64,000 bases of DNA from Nitrososphaerota archaeon (GTDB taxonomy: Archaea > Thermoproteota > Nitrososphaeria_A > Caldarchaeales > Calditenuaceae), in NCBI GenBank assembly GCA_038845265.1, contig JAWBQR010000001.1, positions 32,001-96,000 on the forward strand, in the 5' to 3' direction. The first letter of the stretch is position 1, and every line of letters starts with the position of its first letter. The notes beneath the pieces were generated by a model. The model worked only from the letters and a program-made list of their open reading frames with translations. It was not told where the DNA came from and ran no database searches. Positions 60,445 to 64,000 of this stretch are shown here, in pieces. The translations under genes were made by a program, and so were the position numbers.

Positions 60445-61323
60445 TTAGAAGGTTAGTTCTAACTGTCTTTCCAGTCTTTGTTTCTGGGCTAAATATTCGT
60501 CTTGCTTTAACTCCCCAATTTTATATCTTATCTCTATCTTTTGGATTTCGTGTTTTATTTTGTTATGTTGCTCTATTAGAGTCCGACTCGCATCGAGGAG
60601 TGACTGTAGGTCTGAAGTTATCTTAGAAACTTGTTGACTAGATAATCCTAGTTGTGCGCCTTTCTCATTTATGTCCTTAATCTTTTTCTCGACACTCTGC
60701 GTAAAGGACGGTATGTCGGCTAGTCTTATCTCGATTGGATTCTGTAGAATCGCTAGTTTGGGTCTTATTTTTGAGATCTCTTTATCGATTTCTATCTTCT
60801 GCCTTATATAGTCTCTATCACCTATTTCTCCTATTTCATGCCTAATCTTGAGATTCTCGGAGCGTTCATTTAGTTCCTTTAACCGGTCTTCATATCTTGC
60901 TATCATTTCGCGTCTCTTATCATCCAGAGTGGCAATCCTAGAGCTATACTCGTCATAGATCTCAGTAAAGACATCGACCGTAGCCTCACCATCGAGTAAA
61001 AGATCTATGAGTCTCAAGGACCAAGAGTGGAGCTTGGATAACTGTTCAATTAACTTTCGCTCCTCAGCCACCTCTTCAGGTACCATTCCCTCCACAGTTG
61101 TTGGAGCGGGTGGAGGCTGAGCAGGCTGGACGGCAGCCTCAACTGATGGCTGTGTTGGGGGTTGAGGCCTAGCCTCTGCCGCTCGCGGTGCCTGTGCAGG
61201 AGCTGCGGCCGGTGTAATCTCCTGAAGCTCTGGCGGAAGTTCCTTCCCACAATTCATGCAATATTTCCCTTTTAGGGTCAGCCTTTTGCAGTATGGACAG
61301 ACTACCCTACCCAGGAGCGCCAA
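60445..61323 (-). CDS. Zinc-ribbon protein with Pro/Ala linker and CdvA-like coiled-coil domain
   Basis: CPYC/CMNC; P/A/Q linker; three L/Y..GE....Y/F turn motifs within a coiled coil. Confidence 0.65.
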   Translation of the reverse strand: MALLGRVVCPYCKRLTLKGKYCMNCGKELPPELQEITPAAAPAQAPRAAEARPQPPTQPSVEAAVQPAQPPPAPTTVEGMVPEEVAEERKLIEQLSKLHSWSLRLIDLLLDGEATVDVFTEIYDEYSSRIATLDDKRREMIARYEDRLKELNERSENLKIRHEIGEIGDRDYIRQKIEIDKEISKIRPKLAILQNPIEIRLADIPSFTQSVEKKIKDINEKGAQLGLSSQQVSKITSDLQSLLDASRTLIEQHNKIKHEIQKIEIRYKIGELKQDEYLAQKQRLERQLELTF

Positions 61324-61484
61324 TTATTCTCACTTTCAGTATTTATGTAAATTTAATTCCCTATAAACCTTTAAGGCGTGGTCTCAAAACCTGTATCAAG
61401 GTAATTCTTAGACGCTATTCAAGAGAATATCCAAGTCAATGCATTAGATTGGTTTTTAATGACCTTTGAGGTATAATTCGCTGT

Positions 61485-61706
61485 ATGAGCGAGCTGTCTA
61501 CTGCTCCAATGCATAGGCTTTTAAAAAAGGCTGGCGCAGCAAGAGTCAGCGAAGACGCGGCAGAGGAACTCAGGATCGTTCTTGAGGAAATAGGCCTAAA
61601 AATATCGGAGCAGGCAGTTATACTTGCACAACATGCCGGCCGTCGGACTGTGAAAAGAGAGGATGTCCAGCGGGCCTATAAAATAATTATCAAGTCCAGC
61701 TTATGA
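61485..61706 (+). CDS. Archaeal histone (HMf type)
   Basis: ELSTAPMHRLLKKAGAARVSEDA...HAGRRTVKREDV. Confidence 0.96.
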   Translation: MSELSTAPMHRLLKKAGAARVSEDAAEELRIVLEEIGLKISEQAVILAQHAGRRTVKREDVQRAYKIIIKSSL

Positions 61707-61757
61707 AGACTCAAGATAGATTTTTGACATACCTTTGATAAGCATATCCGAGAAAAA

Positions 61758-62366
61758 ATGGTCAGGGTGATTGTACTCGCGGTCCCAGGAGCAGGAAAGA
61801 CGACTATATTCAAGAAATTATCAGAGCTTAAGCCCAATGTTAAGATACTTAATTTTGGAGACTTAATGTTTAAGGAGGCTTCAAGCCGGTTTGGAATAAA
61901 GTCTAGAGACGAGATGAGGAGCAAGATTCCATTTGATTCCTATCGAGAACTGCAGGATTTAGCAGCAGAGAGCATATCTAGAGAGGAAGGTACACTTATC
62001 GTTGACACGCATGCTGCGATCAAAACACCTTATGGATACTATCCGGGATTACCTTTTTCAGTCGTAACGAAGATGAAGCCTCAGAGTATAATCTTTCTAG
62101 AATATAGGCCTGAAGACATTGCTGCCAGACGGGCTAAGGACGAAGCAGCCGGTGTGAGGACAAGAGGGACAGAAAGCTATGAAGAAATAGAGGAGCATCA
62201 AATGATAGCGCTTAACTATGCGGTAGCGGCCTCGAATGCTGCTTCATGTTATTTCTGCAGGTTTTCGTTTAGGTACCCAGAAGCATATCCATACCAACAT
62301 GTCCATGACGCTGCTGAGATGATAAAGAAGCATATCGAGCTTTTAGAAACAATGTATAACCGATAA
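61758..62366 (+). CDS. adkA: Archaeal adenylate kinase
   Basis: VPGAGKTT, NFGDLM, RDEMR, DTH..I.TP.GYYPGLP. Confidence 0.94.
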   Translation: MVRVIVLAVPGAGKTTIFKKLSELKPNVKILNFGDLMFKEASSRFGIKSRDEMRSKIPFDSYRELQDLAAESISREEGTLIVDTHAAIKTPYGYYPGLPFSVVTKMKPQSIIFLEYRPEDIAARRAKDEAAGVRTRGTESYEEIEEHQMIALNYAVAASNAASCYFCRFSFRYPEAYPYQHVHDAAEMIKKHIELLETMYNR

Positions 62367-62368
62367 GA

Positions 62369-63332
62369 TCACTTATAACCATCAGGCAGCTTAAATGCCC
62401 ATGACGAAGTATCTATAATGCTTGTTTTTCTTGCAATAATTATGAAAACTGTATGGGCACGCATCGTGTGTTGAGGCCGCGTCATCCCCTCCTTAACCCT
62501 CCACGGCCTAAAGAAAACTTCTCCTGAAAAATACTCAAAAAAGCCTTTTAGTTTAAGAGCTGTAGAAGTTTTAATTAGTTGCTCAACTGTAGGCACTATG
62601 GCTGCATAAATGCCTCCAGTCTTAAGTGATTTGTAGGCGGATTCAACTGATCTCCACGGCTCTGGCACATCAGCTATAAAGACATCGACATCCTTCTCCT
62701 CAACGTTAAGCGACAAATCACCCTTCTTTAACTCTATGACGTTTGAGAGCCCTAAAGCATCGGCATGTCTTCTGATTGCTGGGAAATATTCATCATCAAG
62801 GTCATAGCTATATACTTTTCCATTTGGCTTTACGTGCCAAGCTAAAAACAGAGCTAGGACTCCACTTCCTGTTCCTCCTTCAACTACTTTTGAACCCGGA
62901 CCCAAGCCGGTAGTTGCCACTAAGAATCCTATGTCCTTTGGATAGGTAATCTGGGTCCTCCTGGGCAATGATAGCATTTGGCTTTACGTGCCAAGCTAAA
63001 AACAGAGCTAGGACTCCACTCCCTGTTCCTCCTTCAACTACTTTTGAACCCGGACCCAAGCCGGTAGTTGCCACTAAGAATCCTATGTCCTTTGGATAGG
63101 TAATCTGGGTCCTCCTGGGCAATGATAGAAGATATTCTATTATTGTTGGTCTAAAAACCACTGCCCTCTGCCCAATATTACTAGTGAGCTCAACTCCCTC
63201 CTCCTTCCCTATAATGTCATCAGCACTAAAGCTACCCTCATTAGTGTGGTACCTACGTTTATTTCTAAGTGTTAAGAAGTATCTATTTCCTTTTTCAGTA
63301 ATCAATACCACATACTCATTTTCATGAAACAC
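62369..63332 (-). CDS. trmI: tRNA (adenine57/58-N1)-methyltransferase TrmI, frameshifted by a 154-bp tandem duplication
   Basis: RRTQITYPKD, VVEGGTGSG, DVPEPW, HTVF; split into ORFs 62880..63398 and 62369..62977; removing one copy restores one frame. Confidence 0.9.
62821..63128. repeat. 154-bp tandem duplication with one mismatch
   Basis: 62821-62974 vs 62975-63128; T62867 vs C63021 (synonymous GGA/GGG). Confidence 0.95.
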
Positions 63333-63442
63333 CGTCAACAGCTTATCATTGTTATGTACTTTATATCTATCAATAAATTTTTTCGTAGTAGATAACAACT
63401 CAACCGATCAAAACCTATATTTATCCACAAATACCTAGTAAA

Positions 63443-63503
63443 TGGCTATGATGTCTCAGAGTTATTCTGAAAATAATGAATGAAAAGGCATTTGACTGAG
63501 CCA
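63443..63503 (+). ncRNA. Box C/D methylation guide sRNA, probably targeting 23S rRNA H69 and the adjacent 1930s segment
   Basis: TGGCT stem, C box ATGATGT (63448), D' CTGA (63467), C'-like ATGAATGA (63476), D CTGA (63496), closing AGCCA; two 12-nt guides; TATA-like TATATTTAT about 25 nt upstream. Confidence 0.8.
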
Positions 63504-63573
63504 CTCATGATGATATGTTAAGTTTAAATCGGCGTAATCATAGTGTTGATTAAAGATAAACTGGTAGCCCGAC

Positions 63574-64000
63574 ATGTCTGAAGATAAGGAAATGGAGGAG
63601 GCAATATGGCTTCTCCGACATCGCGTTAGAAGAAGAATCATAATGACGATAGGAGATGAGGGTAGGATAAGTGCTACAACGCTTAGAGACAAACTAGGAA
63701 TAAGCACTGGCAGTCTCTATTATAATCTAAAGCAGCTTGAGAAACTGGTGACGCAGGACAGTAAAAGGAACTATGTGCTTACTGAGGAGGGGGTCGCAAT
63801 TTATCGCCTACTAAAGGAACAGGGAGATATCAATTTAGAGTCGATAAAAGCGCCTCAAAGCAAATTTGAGGTAATACTCTCAAATATCTTCTTTCCCGTA
63901 TGGATGGTCGCACCGCTATTAGAAAAGGCGAGACTCTCTGTTTTAATAGGACTATTATCATTAACTTTTCTCTCTGCATTACTCCTAAATTCTAAAGCAG
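63574..64000 (+). CDS. ArsR-like winged-helix protein with C-terminal membrane segments, 3'-truncated; not in ORF track
   Basis: MSEDKEMEEAIWLLRHRVRRRIIMTIGDEGRISATTLRDKLGISTGSLYYNLKQLEKLV...YVLTEEG, then hydrophobic stretches. Confidence 0.8.
   Translation, partial: MSEDKEMEEAIWLLRHRVRRRIIMTIGDEGRISATTLRDKLGISTGSLYYNLKQLEKLVTQDSKRNYVLTEEGVAIYRLLKEQGDINLESIKAPQSKFEVILSNIFFPVWMVAPLLEKARLSVLIGLLSLTFLSALLLNSKA

Noticed and set aside
60346-60445. tRNA-Glu as a possible integration site
   Set aside because: No integrase, no duplicated tRNA 3' end, and the flanking genes look chromosomal.
62880-62977. Programmed frameshift in trmI
   Set aside because: The frame break is fully explained by the 154-bp duplication; no slippery site is needed.
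57453-63128. Tandem repeats as CRISPR or mobile-element ends
   Set aside because: Only two adjacent copies of coding sequence each, with no spacers, cas genes or transposase.
63507-63581. Second C/D sRNA (ATGATGA ... CTGA) right after the first
   Set aside because: No convincing D'/C' pair or terminal stem; it overlaps the TATA box and start of the wHTH gene.

Overview
Gene-dense archaeal chromosomal window (AT-rich, many TTG/GTG starts). The gene content points to a TACK archaeon, most likely Nitrososphaerota sensu lato (Aigarchaeota/Caldarchaeales-like); this is inferred from the HMf-type histone, ESCRT-III, RPA, crenarchaeal-type arginine decarboxylase and PolB2. It is mostly housekeeping: fragmented r-protein clusters, CDC48, thermosome, DNA ligase, RtcB, GlnA, glycine cleavage, SmsCB, polyamine and F420/pterin genes, and tRNA-Glu(UUC). 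No CRISPR array, integrase or transposase was seen. Three features are missing from the ORF track: a 54-aa rps14 gene, a two-guide box C/D sRNA and a partial wHTH-membrane gene. The best leads are: (1) a 99-aa non-ribosomal protein ending in a ribosomal P-stalk-like GTPase-recruiting tail, next to a KaiC-like ATPase; (2) an orphan SegB-like gene beside an AT-rich spacer with clustered TATCT(G/C)A motifs; (3) a C/D guide predicted to methylate two 23S positions equivalent to known yeast 25S Am sites; (4) a PolB2 cassette sitting between rpl5 and rps14; (5) a zinc-ribbon/CdvA-like coiled-coil protein. Two tandem duplications (111 and 154 bp) are probably assembly artefacts. All homology calls come from motif recognition, not database searches.
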